A stretch of 64,000 nt of DNA from positions 32,001 through 96,000 of the IMG/VR virus record IMGVR_UViG_3300031952_000004. One strand, written 5' to 3'. This stretch comes from a virus. Position numbers and translations under genes: made by a program. The notes beneath the pieces were generated by a model. It did not search any database. It had not been told where the DNA came from and saw nothing but the letters and a program-made list of their open reading frames with translations. Positions 39,848-49,902 of the stretch are shown piece by piece (position 1 is the stretch's first letter; the number at the start of each line of letters is the position of its first letter).

Positions 39848-40341
39848 TGAATAATTATTACGAAGATAAACATAAAATTAGAACAATTTATAATAATTTA
39901 CAAACTTCGAAACAGCAATATGATAAATTAAAAAAACAACTCATTAATAAAACATCTATAAATTATATAAAAACAAAAAACGAATATATTATAGACGAAA
40001 TAACTACCACAGATAATTATTACGGTAAATCTTGGTATATCGAATTAAAAAATTTTCCAGAAAATATATTACCATTTATTAAGATTATTCCTATTATTTC
40101 TACAACAACAGCTTTTGAAGACGAAATAGCTACTTGGTTTCAATTAGGAGATAGGAGTCAATTTGTCTACTTTATTAATAAAAGATTAGATATAGAATCG
40201 GATAAGGATATATTTTATATTAGCATTTATTATTATCATGGGATTAATTATATAGATGAACTTCCTCCGATAATTTTAAAATTAAAAATGTATATAGATT
40301 TACCTCAAAATTACGATGAATTACGAACAAATAAAACATAA
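39847..40341 (+). CDS. tail tip protein, paralog 1
   Basis: N-terminal YEDKHKIRTIYNN, NFPENILPFIK, C-terminal PQNY. Confidence 0.6.
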   Translation: MNNYYEDKHKIRTIYNNLQTSKQQYDKLKKQLINKTSINYIKTKNEYIIDEITTTDNYYGKSWYIELKNFPENILPFIKIIPIISTTTAFEDEIATWFQLGDRSQFVYFINKRLDIESDKDIFYISIYYYHGINYIDELPPIILKLKMYIDLPQNYDELRTNKT

Positions 40342-40489
40342 AATTAAAAACTGTTATAACGATTCTAAAAATTTACAACAAAATGTAGATAAAGTAAATT
40401 ATATAGGTGAAAATTTAAATAGAGAAAAAATAGTTCAAAAAATTAGTTATTTAGAATCTATTTGGTTAACATTAATAAGAGTAAGTTAA
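40316..40489 (+). CDS. tail tip protein paralog 2, N-terminal part (57 aa)
   Basis: MNYEQIKHKIKNCYND...SYLESIW; read by eye; same frame as 40502. Confidence 0.6.
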   Translation: MNYEQIKHKIKNCYNDSKNLQQNVDKVNYIGENLNREKIVQKISYLESIWLTLIRVS

Positions 40490-40501
40490 GGAAAAAATAT
40501 A

Positions 40502-41437
40502 ATGAGTTTTGTTTATCCAGAATATTTACATCCTGGTATAGTAGAAAAATATAAGTGGATAAGTTATAATTATTATTCTTATATCGATTTAGATATAAAA
40601 GAAGAAAATTTAAATTTAGTAGATTATCAAACTTTGATTAATTCAGAGGCAGATTTAGAAGAAAATTTTCAAACTTTATTTAATGAACCTAGATGGGAAG
40701 AATATTGGACTGCTTATGTAGGTTCGACTTTAATAGCTCAAAAATTTCACTTATATGATTCAACTGGCAATTGGTTTTATGCTGTAGTTCCTTATGGAAT
40801 AACAGCTTCAGATGTTGCTCTATATTCTAAATACGATAGTGGATTACGTTTAACTGTTATATATTGGGATTCTACTTTAAAATATAAGATATACGCAAGA
40901 AGATATTGGGTAGGAGATAAATTTGAATATAGAATATATCCCCCTAGCGGAACAGGTACTTGCCCAGAGTTACCCTCTACTTTAACTTTAAAATTAAATT
41001 ATCCAGATGCACAATTTGCTAATTCTGAATATACTTTTTGGGAAAATAGTAGAAAATTTGATATTGCAAGGCAATATAGAGTTTTTCTTAAAACAAATAG
41101 TAATCCTGTAGAAAAATTTAGATTAATAGAAACAGGAAAAATATACGAAGTTGTACCTACAACTCGTGATGATGATATAATATTTTATAGAACTACCGAA
41201 ATAGTAACTAAACATCTAATATGGGTACCAACTCCACCACCTGCCCCCGAACCTGGATATTGGACATTTCATTTTGATACTTCGGGAGTAATTTATGGAG
41301 CAACAATTAGAAAAATAACATATGTTCGTGCAGAGGGAGTAATTCCTATTGAAGATTTACCTCAAATAAGAACGAAATTAATAGTAAGTATAAAACCTAA
41401 CTTTAATTATAAAGAACGACAACAATACGAAAAATGA
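40502..41437 (+). CDS. tail tip protein, probable C-terminal part of paralog 2
   Basis: 311 aa; C-terminus DLPQIRTKLIVSIKPNFNY resembles the paralog ends. Confidence 0.6.
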   Translation: MSFVYPEYLHPGIVEKYKWISYNYYSYIDLDIKEENLNLVDYQTLINSEADLEENFQTLFNEPRWEEYWTAYVGSTLIAQKFHLYDSTGNWFYAVVPYGITASDVALYSKYDSGLRLTVIYWDSTLKYKIYARRYWVGDKFEYRIYPPSGTGTCPELPSTLTLKLNYPDAQFANSEYTFWENSRKFDIARQYRVFLKTNSNPVEKFRLIETGKIYEVVPTTRDDDIIFYRTTEIVTKHLIWVPTPPPAPEPGYWTFHFDTSGVIYGATIRKITYVRAEGVIPIEDLPQIRTKLIVSIKPNFNYKERQQYEK

Positions 41438-41931
41438 ATTACGAACAACAAAAAAATAAGATACATAATGTTTTTAATAATACACAAGAAGTAATTTTTG
41501 ATATTGATAATTTACAGAAACAAGAAATATTAACAAACGAAAAAATAAATTTTAATGATATTTCTTTTATTAAAAATATAGCTTATTTAGATACAGGATG
41601 GCAAGATTTTGAAAAAAAATACGATGGGGGAAGATGGGAAAACGACTATTTTTATTATCCCCTTTCTGTTAATATTAATAATTTTCCAGGAAGATTAATT
41701 CCTTTCATTAAATATGCTGATTTTTATTCTGCTTTACAGATTGACGAAGATTATATCGATATTAATTCTTATGGGTGTATATTTATAAATCCAGATATGA
41801 AGAAAGAAATAAAAGACCAAGAATTCCCTATTACTATTTTTAGATACATGTCTTTATGGTTTCCTTTCAGTTCTGTTAATAATAAAGCTAGATTTATTAT
41901 TAAATTAGCCAATCCTCAAAATTATGTTTAG
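41434..41931 (+). CDS. tail tip protein, paralog 3
   Basis: MNYEQQKNKIHNVFNN...YLDTGW...NFPGRLIPFIK...PQNY. Confidence 0.6.
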   Translation: MNYEQQKNKIHNVFNNTQEVIFDIDNLQKQEILTNEKINFNDISFIKNIAYLDTGWQDFEKKYDGGRWENDYFYYPLSVNINNFPGRLIPFIKYADFYSALQIDEDYIDINSYGCIFINPDMKKEIKDQEFPITIFRYMSLWFPFSSVNNKARFIIKLANPQNYV

Positions 41932-42308
41932 ATTACTTTATAGGTAGGGGTAGAATCCTTTATTCCTTCTTTCCATCCAGAAGTTTTCTTTCCATAATAT
42001 TCCTGTCCAAATTCATTTATTTCTAATTTAATTTCGTTATCAGATAAATCAAAAATAAAGTTATAAACTCTATTTTCTTTTTTAGCCATAAGTATTACTC
42101 TAGTTATTTTAGTTTTATTGTCATTTAATAATGATTGTACTTTTTCAATAAGATGATTATAAGATTCGTAATTTTCAAGAATAAGAGTATGTTTAAAAAG
42201 AGTATATTCTATTTTTGAAATAGGTTTAATAGGCATCTCATTCCAAAGACTTCTCTCTATACTACCGCCCTGCCATATTTGTCCGTCCTTATGAGTTATA
42301 GTATACAT
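41928..42308 (-). CDS. hypothetical protein
   Basis: last gene of the leftward arm; converges on the structural arm. Confidence 0.6.
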   Translation of the reverse strand: MYTITHKDGQIWQGGSIERSLWNEMPIKPISKIEYTLFKHTLILENYESYNHLIEKVQSLLNDNKTKITRVILMAKKENRVYNFIFDLSDNEIKLEINEFGQEYYGKKTSGWKEGIKDSTPTYKVI

Positions 42309-42331
42309 AATTATTCACCTTTATTGAATGT

Positions 42332-43996
42332 TTATTCACGTTCTAACGATTCTTTGATAAAATTTAATACGAAATAAATGACTTCTTTAATTTCTCGAAA
42401 GTTTGTAGTTGAAGAAAATAATCTAAATTCTATAGTCTGATAATCTTCTTTAGGTAGATGTGAAATATTTAAAGAATAATATTTTTCGTCAATGTAGCTA
42501 TAATGTCTAAAATTAGTTCTTAGATTATTTCTAAAATTATGTAATTCTTTTTCTGTAAGTTTATGCAGCTCACTCTTTGGTAATAGTTTACATGTATTAG
42601 CAATGCGTTCTTTAGAAATATTAAACCTTTTAGCAATATATTTTTGTTTATGTATCCATTCTTTTATAATAGTTATAATTTGTTTATCTGTTAAATTTTT
42701 AATATTACAATTATGAACAATTAAACCATTAGCAATGTAGGTATTTGTCCCAGTTTCAAAATTATATACTCTTACTTTTTTTCCTTTTTTGTAAGTAATT
42801 CTTGATATATCTTTACAACCCCAATACTTTAAAGGTTTATATTTTAGTTTATTGGGATGTGTTTGAGCATAAAAATCTATAGCGGGCATTATTCTTAGTT
42901 CATAGAATTTTCTATTAGATATTTGAGTTTTTCTAATTCTTAATTTAAACGAAATATTTAATTCGTTACAATATTGTTTAATTTTATTTATTTTTTTTAA
43001 GTTTGTATTGCATAAAATTATTTCATTAGATGTTTGTGTTCCTTCTGCATCAAAAAAACCTGCCAAATATCCGAGTTTATAAAATGTGCTATTTCTAAGA
43101 TGAGAATTTCTTAAAAAATTATATACATCCTTTCCTCCTACACATGAATAAAAATAATTTTTATTATCTTGATGTATTGACATATTTCTTTTCAATCCAA
43201 CTTTGTTAAAACATATATTAATAAAATTCAACAAATTTTTATCTTTACAATGAAAAGTTATTTTTGAATTTTTGTTATGTTTTGCATTGATAATATGTCC
43301 GTCGCCAGATATATATCCATCTAACCATCCTCGATGCCACGATTTGTCTCTATAATTTTCATCCTGTCTATTGTTATTGAATGTTATATATTTTGTTTGT
43401 TTTATATGTTCGGCAGGATAGAAATAATTAATTCTTCTATTATTTACAGGCGTTTGAGCTAAATATTTAATAATGGGATGTTCTGGAGTTACAGATACTA
43501 AAAATTTATTATTATAATATAAATCGATTGTATCTGCATTTCGACAATATTTTTTGCTTATTTTAGTAGAAATAAATTCTCCAGAAATTAAATTCAATCC
43601 CAAAATATTGTCCCCTATTTTAATTCGTTCAATAGATTTTGAGGTGTAATCAGGTAACATAATTTTAGTTCCCCATTTAAAGCAATGAATATGTAAACCA
43701 CAAGTAGGTTTTGCTTTTCCTCTATAAACACGTACTAAAGCTAATATTTCTTTTATTTGAAGAAAAGAATCTTCATTATAATATAGATGATTAGAATTTT
43801 CAGGAGAAAGTTCAATTCCATTATTCAAAGACCCATCGTTTTTTATCTCCCAACCCTTTAAGGTTTTACCACGTTCAATAAGTCTATCAGATTCTGTTTT
43901 AGCTGGTAATTCGAATTCAAATTCAGGAGCAAATCTGATTTTCTTAATATCTATAAGTTTAATTTTGTCTTCTTTTTTATTTATTGACTTAACCAT
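42332..43996 (-). CDS. putative amidoligase (COOH-NH2 ligase type 2) containing an intein
   Basis: EFEFE, DGSL..GIELS, TCGLHIH, KYYSLN, TIEFR motifs. Confidence 0.8.
   Translation of the reverse strand: MVKSINKKEDKIKLIDIKKIRFAPEFEFELPAKTESDRLIERGKTLKGWEIKNDGSLNNGIELSPENSNHLYYNEDSFLQIKEILALVRVYRGKAKPTCGLHIHCFKWGTKIMLPDYTSKSIERIKIGDNILGLNLISGEFISTKISKKYCRNADTIDLYYNNKFLVSVTPEHPIIKYLAQTPVNNRRINYFYPAEHIKQTKYITFNNNRQDENYRDKSWHRGWLDGYISGDGHIINAKHNKNSKITFHCKDKNLLNFINICFNKVGLKRNMSIHQDNKNYFYSCVGGKDVYNFLRNSHLRNSTFYKLGYLAGFFDAEGTQTSNEIILCNTNLKKINKIKQYCNELNISFKLRIRKTQISNRKFYELRIMPAIDFYAQTHPNKLKYKPLKYWGCKDISRITYKKGKKVRVYNFETGTNTYIANGLIVHNCNIKNLTDKQIITIIKEWIHKQKYIAKRFNISKERIANTCKLLPKSELHKLTEKELHNFRNNLRTNFRHYSYIDEKYYSLNISHLPKEDYQTIEFRLFSSTTNFREIKEVIYFVLNFIKESLERE
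42710..43684 (-). mobile_element. LAGLIDADG intein (325 aa) in the amidoligase
   Basis: starts CFKWGTKI, block B TPEHP, WLDGYISGDG and LAGFFDAEG, ends VYNFET...IVHN followed by Cys. Confidence 0.9.
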
Positions 43997-44133
43997 AATT
44001 TATATATTTTTATTATTTCTCTTATATCTAATTTATTACTAAACATTAAATAAATAGAAAAAGGTAAAACTAAAAATACAATAAAAAGCATACCTAATGT
44101 AAATATTATTATTGCTAATGATAAATTAAGCAT
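43981..44133 (-). CDS. small membrane protein (50 aa)
   Basis: GGAG SD plus ATG; hydrophobic N-terminal half; read by eye. Confidence 0.5.
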   Translation of the reverse strand: MLNLSLAIIIFTLGMLFIVFLVLPFSIYLMFSNKLDIREIIKIYKLWLSQ

Positions 44134-44143
44134 TAGTTTCTCC

Positions 44144-44683
44144 TTATTGTTTTTTTAACCAAATACTATACGCTTGATTAATATCATTAATATCTATAGG
44201 ATAATATTTCCATTGTTCAATACTAACATTACAACAATCTGTAAATTGATTATTCTTTTTAATTCTAGAAAATTGCCATTTATTATGTACATGTCCTACT
44301 ATGTTAAATTTATAATTAACGTCTGCAAAATCTGGATTATGAACTAAATTAATTCTTTTTCCTCCATGTTTTATAACTAATCTCTCTATGGGAGTTTTAA
44401 GAGAATTATTCTTATCATGATTACCCTGGATAAAAATAATATTTTTACAATTAAGTTGATTAATGAAGTATTGAGGTTTATCTTTTTCGCCTTCTCCTCT
44501 ACCAGAACCTGAACGAAAAATAAAATCTCCTACAAAGAAAACCATATCTTCTTTTTTAACTCTTTTATTAAAATTAGAAATAATGGTATTATTCATCTCA
44601 TCCAATGTTTTAAAGGGTCTACCTGTGTATTTAATTATATTGAAGTGATTTAGATGCCAGTCAGAAGTGAAATAAATATTCAT
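44144..44683 (-). CDS. calcineurin-like metallophosphoesterase
   Basis: SDWH, GD, GNHD, GHVH motifs. Confidence 0.85.
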   Translation of the reverse strand: MNIYFTSDWHLNHFNIIKYTGRPFKTLDEMNNTIISNFNKRVKKEDMVFFVGDFIFRSGSGRGEGEKDKPQYFINQLNCKNIIFIQGNHDKNNSLKTPIERLVIKHGGKRINLVHNPDFADVNYKFNIVGHVHNKWQFSRIKKNNQFTDCCNVSIEQWKYYPIDINDINQAYSIWLKKQ

Positions 44684-44694
44684 AAAATTATCTC

Positions 44695-45303
44695 CTATTT
44701 TTTAGGATAAAGTATTTTATCTACTATTCCATACTTTAAAGCATCTTCGGGGAACAACCAAAGTTGTCCATTTTTAATTTGTGTTAATTGTCTTTGATTT
44801 AATTTAGTATGTTTTTTTAACATTTCATTCATTCTTTTTTCTAATCTAAATAAAAAACCAGCTTGGTCTTTAATATTTTGTACATTACCTTGTAAAAGGT
44901 CAGAAGTACTATGTTGCATCCAAAATCCATTAGGAGTAATAAATCTTTTTTTACATACTATACTTATCATTGCTGCCATTGAGCAGGCTTCTCCTGAAAT
45001 GATAGAATAAACAGGAGCATCTATGGCTTGTATTGTATCTATTATAGATAATCCATAAGTTACCCATCCGCCTGGACTGTTTATTTCCAAATTAATAGGT
45101 ATAGTTTTATCTAGATAATTCATAGCTCTTATTTTAGAACAAACAATATCTGCACTAATATTATTAATTTCGTCGTAGAGAAGAATATATCTATTTTTAT
45201 TTAAAATTTTATAATAAAATTCTTCAGAGTATTTATCTTTTTTATCAATTTTCAAATCTTCTTTTATTTCTTCGTCGTCGTTATCCCGATAGATTTTATT
45301 CAT
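44695..45303 (-). CDS. clpP: ClpP-family protease
   Basis: INSPGG, GEACSMA, WMQH, YGIVDKI. Confidence 0.85.
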   Translation of the reverse strand: MNKIYRDNDDEEIKEDLKIDKKDKYSEEFYYKILNKNRYILLYDEINNISADIVCSKIRAMNYLDKTIPINLEINSPGGWVTYGLSIIDTIQAIDAPVYSIISGEACSMAAMISIVCKKRFITPNGFWMQHSTSDLLQGNVQNIKDQAGFLFRLEKRMNEMLKKHTKLNQRQLTQIKNGQLWLFPEDALKYGIVDKILYPKK

Positions 45304-46492
45304 TTATTCCTCCTATTTTTAATTTATTAATTAAAGGCAAGCATAAAAAAGATGTAATCGCACTAATACATATTAATATTTTTAATCCTACTAAAGGCAG
45401 TAATAACGCACCGCTAAAACTAGATGCAGTACCAGCAGAAAGATTATTAATACCACAAAGTAAAGCAAATGTAGTTGCTTCCAATCCATCAATTGAAGAT
45501 TTAGCCATCCAATCCATAACAATAAGAAAAATAAACATACCTATAATACTATAAAAGAAGGTGTAAATTATTGCACTTATCGGTGTAAAATAAAGATAAG
45601 ATAAAGTTGTAATTGCACCTAACCAGACAGAAATATGTAACCATTTTTTTATGTTGATTTTTTGACTTAATTTCCAATAAAATAATGCTCCTAAAATAGA
45701 AACTCCAGAAGCAACTGCTTCTAAAACTCCCATAAATTGAAAAGACCATTTAAATTTATCTCGCATAATGTAGGAAAGAGGAGTTCCAAACGAAGGAGAA
45801 TACTTATAAAGAAATAAAAATAAACATCCCCATAAAAAGGATTTATTTTTAAAAATTTGTTTATAAGGTTTAATTGTCTCCATTAGTGATAATCTTATCA
45901 CTTTTTGAGATAATCTTTTTTCTTCTTTGTAAAAATATAGAGGAATAAACATAACTAAATAAAAAGGTATAATTAATAAGAATCCTATCTTATAATTAAA
46001 ATGTTCGGCTAAATAACCTCCCAATAATCCTGTAACAATCGAAGCAATAGTAATCGCTATCCATTGAAGACTTTGAATTTTACCAGTAACATTATACTTC
46101 TTACCCTCAATACACATTGTACCATCTACAGCTACATCTCGAATAGCCGAATCCGTTGAATTCATAAACATCATTGTAATTAACATTATTAAAGGTAAAG
46201 ACCAAATTCCCAAAAACAATACGGTAATTAAATCTATAATTAAAGAGAGTGTTATCCACATTTTTCTGGACAAAAATTGGTCAATAAAAAATCCCCACAA
46301 AATTTTAGGAATCCAAGCTAGACCTATAATAGAATTAAGAAGCATTAATTTTTCAGGAGGATACATAAGAACTTCTTTAAAATATTTAAAAAGAGAAAGA
46401 GACGGCAAGCCTTCAAAGCCTTGACAAAAATATGTCAAAGCAGATAAAGCATATATCCAAAATATTTTTTTAGAATTTAGGTATTTTATCAT
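45296..46492 (-). CDS. MFS transporter, BT1 folate/biopterin transporter-like
   Basis: about 12 hydrophobic segments; WIPKILWGFFID, DVAVDG, KIQS, EATTFALL. Confidence 0.75.
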   Translation of the reverse strand: MIKYLNSKKIFWIYALSALTYFCQGFEGLPSLSLFKYFKEVLMYPPEKLMLLNSIIGLAWIPKILWGFFIDQFLSRKMWITLSLIIDLITVLFLGIWSLPLIMLITMMFMNSTDSAIRDVAVDGTMCIEGKKYNVTGKIQSLQWIAITIASIVTGLLGGYLAEHFNYKIGFLLIIPFYLVMFIPLYFYKEEKRLSQKVIRLSLMETIKPYKQIFKNKSFLWGCLFLFLYKYSPSFGTPLSYIMRDKFKWSFQFMGVLEAVASGVSILGALFYWKLSQKINIKKWLHISVWLGAITTLSYLYFTPISAIIYTFFYSIIGMFIFLIVMDWMAKSSIDGLEATTFALLCGINNLSAGTASSFSGALLLPLVGLKILICISAITSFLCLPLINKLKIGGINE

Positions 46493-46754
46493 GGCATTTT
46501 TTACAAAGGGTTATTCCCCAATAAATATCCCATAAAAATTTACAATGCAAAGCATCTTTAAATGATTTTATAGTTGAATGTGATTTTTTAATTTTTAAAA
46601 TAGTAGACTTAGAATGTTTTTTTCCTATCATCCATTTTCCAAAATTTAATTTTTTAGCTATTTTTTTAAGTTTTTTACTTAATAATAATTTAGTTTTTTT
46701 ACTATGATGCTTTCCTTTAAATCCTAAACTGATATATTTTGATTTTTTATTCAT
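46470..46754 (-). pseudogene. degenerate NUMOD3-HNH endonuclease
   Basis: GKHHSKKTK and GKKHSKST NUMOD3 motifs joined to LWD...GITLCKKCH; HNH core missing. Confidence 0.65.
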
Positions 46755-47320
46755 TATAATATTTTATCTATTATTCCTTTTACTAAACATTCTTCTGGAG
46801 ATAACCACATTTCTCCATTACGTAAGGTTTGTATTTCTGTATCAGTTAATTTAGTATAAGTTTTTAGATGACTTTCAATTCTTTTCCATAATTTTTTAAT
46901 AAAATCAGCTCTGTATTCTACTTTACCAGAATAATCTCCAGTAATTCCTCCAGACATATCATGACCCATCCATATAGCATTTTTAGTAATATAACGTTCT
47001 TTTCCTACAATAGAAATTAATCCTGCCATAGAACAGGCTTCTCCAATTATTATAGTGATAATAGGACTCTTAATCAATTTTATAGAATCTATTAAGGAAA
47101 AACCAGCAGCAATGTTGCCTCCTTCACTATTAACATATATTTTTATTGGTTTTTTATTCAAAGCATCTAATAAGAAAATCTCTTTAATTAATTTTATAGT
47201 ATTTTCAGATTTTACTTCTCCTATTAAGAATAGAGTACGATGTTTTAATAAAATATCATCTACTTCTAATTTTTTATTTATATCTAATTTTTGAGGAACT
47301 ATAGGTTTTTTATTTTTCAT
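46754..47320 (-). CDS. clpP: ClpP-family protease
   Basis: VNSEGG, GEACSMA, WMGH, EMWLSPEE, GIIDKI. Confidence 0.85.
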   Translation of the reverse strand: MKNKKPIVPQKLDINKKLEVDDILLKHRTLFLIGEVKSENTIKLIKEIFLLDALNKKPIKIYVNSEGGNIAAGFSLIDSIKLIKSPIITIIIGEACSMAGLISIVGKERYITKNAIWMGHDMSGGITGDYSGKVEYRADFIKKLWKRIESHLKTYTKLTDTEIQTLRNGEMWLSPEECLVKGIIDKIL

Positions 47321-47332
47321 TTTAAAATTCTC

Positions 47333-47413
47333 CTATTTTAATTTTAAATTACATTTTTTACAAGAAGTGATTAAATTGGTTTTTCTACAATCTATACAGT
47401 AATATTTTTTCAT
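47333..47413 (-). pseudogene. 26-codon remnant of a family B HNH endonuclease
   Basis: MKKYYCIDCRKTNLITSCKKCNLKLK: family N-terminus fused to family C-terminal motif. Confidence 0.7.
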
Positions 47414-47937
47414 ATTTGAATAATTAAGATAGATAGAAGGACAATTAATCCCCAAACTATAGTTTCGACCCAATTTAGTGTTTTACCAAATAATTTATAA
47501 CTTCCAAAATTTCTCCAACTCATTAAAGCATTTATCATACAAATACCTAAACTACATAAGATGTATACTAACCAATTTTTCTTTAAAATAGGAATTGAAA
47601 TCAAAGATAGGGCAATTAACACTCCTATCGTTCCTCTCGTAAATACATTAGCTAAACTTTCATTATGATTGAATAAGTTATAAAAGAAAGCACCCAATTT
47701 ACTTCCTTTATCATCTTCACAAGGAATTCCATAACCCATAGAAATAGGTATTGACATTAATATTATAGTTATAATTAATAAACTTTCTGTAGAAGAATAA
47801 GCTAAAGAAGTAATTAATCCAGGAATTAATATTCTTCTATATAATTTAGAAGAATTATCGGCTCCTCCCAATGCTCCTAAGAAACCACCCAATAAAGGTA
47901 AAGCACAAGTTATTATTTTATTTATTATTTTTTTCAT
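47410..47937 (-). CDS. multi-pass membrane protein
   Basis: several hydrophobic segments. Confidence 0.65.
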   Translation of the reverse strand: MKKIINKIITCALPLLGGFLGALGGADNSSKLYRRILIPGLITSLAYSSTESLLIITIILMSIPISMGYGIPCEDDKGSKLGAFFYNLFNHNESLANVFTRGTIGVLIALSLISIPILKKNWLVYILCSLGICMINALMSWRNFGSYKLFGKTLNWVETIVWGLIVLLSILIIQI

Positions 47938-48542
47938 TTAATAGAACTCCAATATAATTGGAATAAATTATTTATCATTGGAATACCCTTTATAACAAAC
48001 CAGGGGAGTATAATAATATTTAAAAAAGTAAATATTCTTATAAATGTAGTAATCAATTTTTTTAATATAATAATACTTTTCTTTTTTCCTATAAATTTTT
48101 CTAGCAAGACTAATATAGGATAACTTCCATCCAATCCAGGAACTGGAATTAAATTACTCATTCCTGCTAACAAATTAAAAAATCCTATATACCACAAATA
48201 ATAATTATTTATTTTTAAACTTAATAAACACATTAAAATACCAAAAATAATATTCACAAGGCATCCTGAAATTGCTATTAAAAGTTTTTTATAATATCTT
48301 AAATTCATAAAAGCAGTAGGACTTTTAGAAAAATCTAATTCTCCTTCTAATTCGCAATAACCGCCTAATAAGAAAGGAGTAATTTTATATATTGTTTTAT
48401 TTATTTTTATTTCAAATCCAAATTTTCCAAAACCAAGACTATATTTAATAACTTTACATTTACATAATTTAGCAGTTATAAGATGGGCTGTCTCGTGTAT
48501 ACATATTAAGGCAATCAATGAAATTAGAAATAGTAATATCAT
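47934..48542 (-). CDS. site-2 protease (M50, RseP-like)
   Basis: HETAH, LGGYC, NLIPVPGLDG. Confidence 0.85.
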   Translation of the reverse strand: MILLFLISLIALICIHETAHLITAKLCKCKVIKYSLGFGKFGFEIKINKTIYKITPFLLGGYCELEGELDFSKSPTAFMNLRYYKKLLIAISGCLVNIIFGILMCLLSLKINNYYLWYIGFFNLLAGMSNLIPVPGLDGSYPILVLLEKFIGKKKSIIILKKLITTFIRIFTFLNIIILPWFVIKGIPMINNLFQLYWSSIK

Positions 48543-48704
48543 CTAGTTCTCCATTAAATAAATAAAATAAGCATACCAATAATCACGATTTATGTTTACT
48601 TTCAAATTGCATCCACGACAACTAGTAATTAAATTATCTTCTTTATTATTTTGTTTATTATAATTAATATGATGTACTGTTTTATTTCTTTTAAATTTAT
48701 TCAT
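48543..48704 (-). pseudogene. N-terminally deleted family B HNH endonuclease
   Basis: VHHINYNKQNNKEDNLITSCRGCN...RDYW; likely start ATG 48704. Confidence 0.7.
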
Positions 48705-48705
48705 T

Positions 48706-49347
48706 TTATTTGCGATAATTAACATCTCTATATCGGCGGTCGAATAAGACGATTCCTGATTGATGGTCGCACTCATGTTGTATTGCAAGTGCTTCTAAAT
48801 CTTGTGAACAAGAAGTAAGTTCTTTAAAATTCTCATCTAAATATGTAATAGTAATATAGGTATATCTTTTTGTTGTTACGGAAATTCCAGGAAAACTTAG
48901 ACAACCTTCATTATTAACTCTAATAGGTCTATCGTGTTCAATAATTTTAGCATTAATCAAAATAAATTCATTGTATTGCATCTGTTTATTTTTGTCAACA
49001 AACTTTGGTATCTTAATATAAGAAATTTTCTTATTAATACCTATTTGATTGGCAGAAAGACCGATACCACCCTTATTAACTAAAGTATCTTTAAGGTCTC
49101 GAATAATGTCATCAACATCTTCTCCTTTTTCTACAAGAGCACAAGGCTTTTTTAATTCATTAATGTTTGTTATAATAGGAAAACCTGCTGGTTTTACTTC
49201 TATAAAAGTAGGTTTATAATCTTTTTCTAGCATTTTTTTTAATGCTTCTCTCTCTGATTTAGTTAAATAACCTTTTTCCATTTTGACTTTTTGTTCTACT
49301 TTATAAATATCAAATTCTAATTGGTCTTTAAAAGTTTGTTTAATCAT
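48706..49347 (-). CDS. def: peptide deformylase
   Basis: GIGLSANQ, EGCLS, HECDH motifs. Confidence 0.9.
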   Translation of the reverse strand: MIKQTFKDQLEFDIYKVEQKVKMEKGYLTKSEREALKKMLEKDYKPTFIEVKPAGFPIITNINELKKPCALVEKGEDVDDIIRDLKDTLVNKGGIGLSANQIGINKKISYIKIPKFVDKNKQMQYNEFILINAKIIEHDRPIRVNNEGCLSFPGISVTTKRYTYITITYLDENFKELTSCSQDLEALAIQHECDHQSGIVLFDRRYRDVNYRK

Positions 49348-49466
49348 TTTTTGCTCCTTGCTCTTTTTAATAATTCTAAAATTACATCAGATTGCGTTAT
49401 TCTTTTTGTTCTTTCGAGATACATCAATTCATCATAGTTTAATTTACTTAAAATTTTATCAATCAT
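49344..49466 (-). CDS. small hypothetical protein (40 aa)
   Basis: AGGAGG SD plus ATG; ATGA overlap with def; read by eye. Confidence 0.45.
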   Translation of the reverse strand: MIDKILSKLNYDELMYLERTKRITQSDVILELLKRARSKK

Positions 49467-49467
49467 T

Positions 49468-49902
49468 TTATTTTCCTCCTAAAATTAATAAAATTGTTCC
49501 TATAATCATACCCCACCAATAGGTATAAGGTAATCCTAAGAACCATCTAAGATGCCATTCGATTTGTTGTTTACGAAATCTTCTCCAAGTGTAATGAGGA
49601 TTAAACATGAACCATAAGGCATCTTCTACGACAAAAAACCAAGATACTAATCCTAAAACTTTTAATTCTGTTTTTAGACTACCTAATTCGTTAATAAAAC
49701 CTCCATGAAAAACAGTAATAAATAAAAGTAATAAATATATATGATAACCAGTTAATGGTTTTCCTCCTAATAAAGTTCTAAAGAAAACATTAATACGAAA
49801 AGTAGGAAGTTGTTTAGCCCATCCGTTTCTTCCTTCTACCTGTATTTCCCACAAAGCAGTTATAATAGCTAAGATTAATGTAAAGATATAATATTTAATC
49901 AT
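49468..49902 (-). CDS. membrane protein (EIQVEG..GWA.QLPT family)
   Basis: four hydrophobic segments. Confidence 0.65.
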   Translation of the reverse strand: MIKYYIFTLILAIITALWEIQVEGRNGWAKQLPTFRINVFFRTLLGGKPLTGYHIYLLLLFITVFHGGFINELGSLKTELKVLGLVSWFFVVEDALWFMFNPHYTWRRFRKQQIEWHLRWFLGLPYTYWWGMIIGTILLILGGK

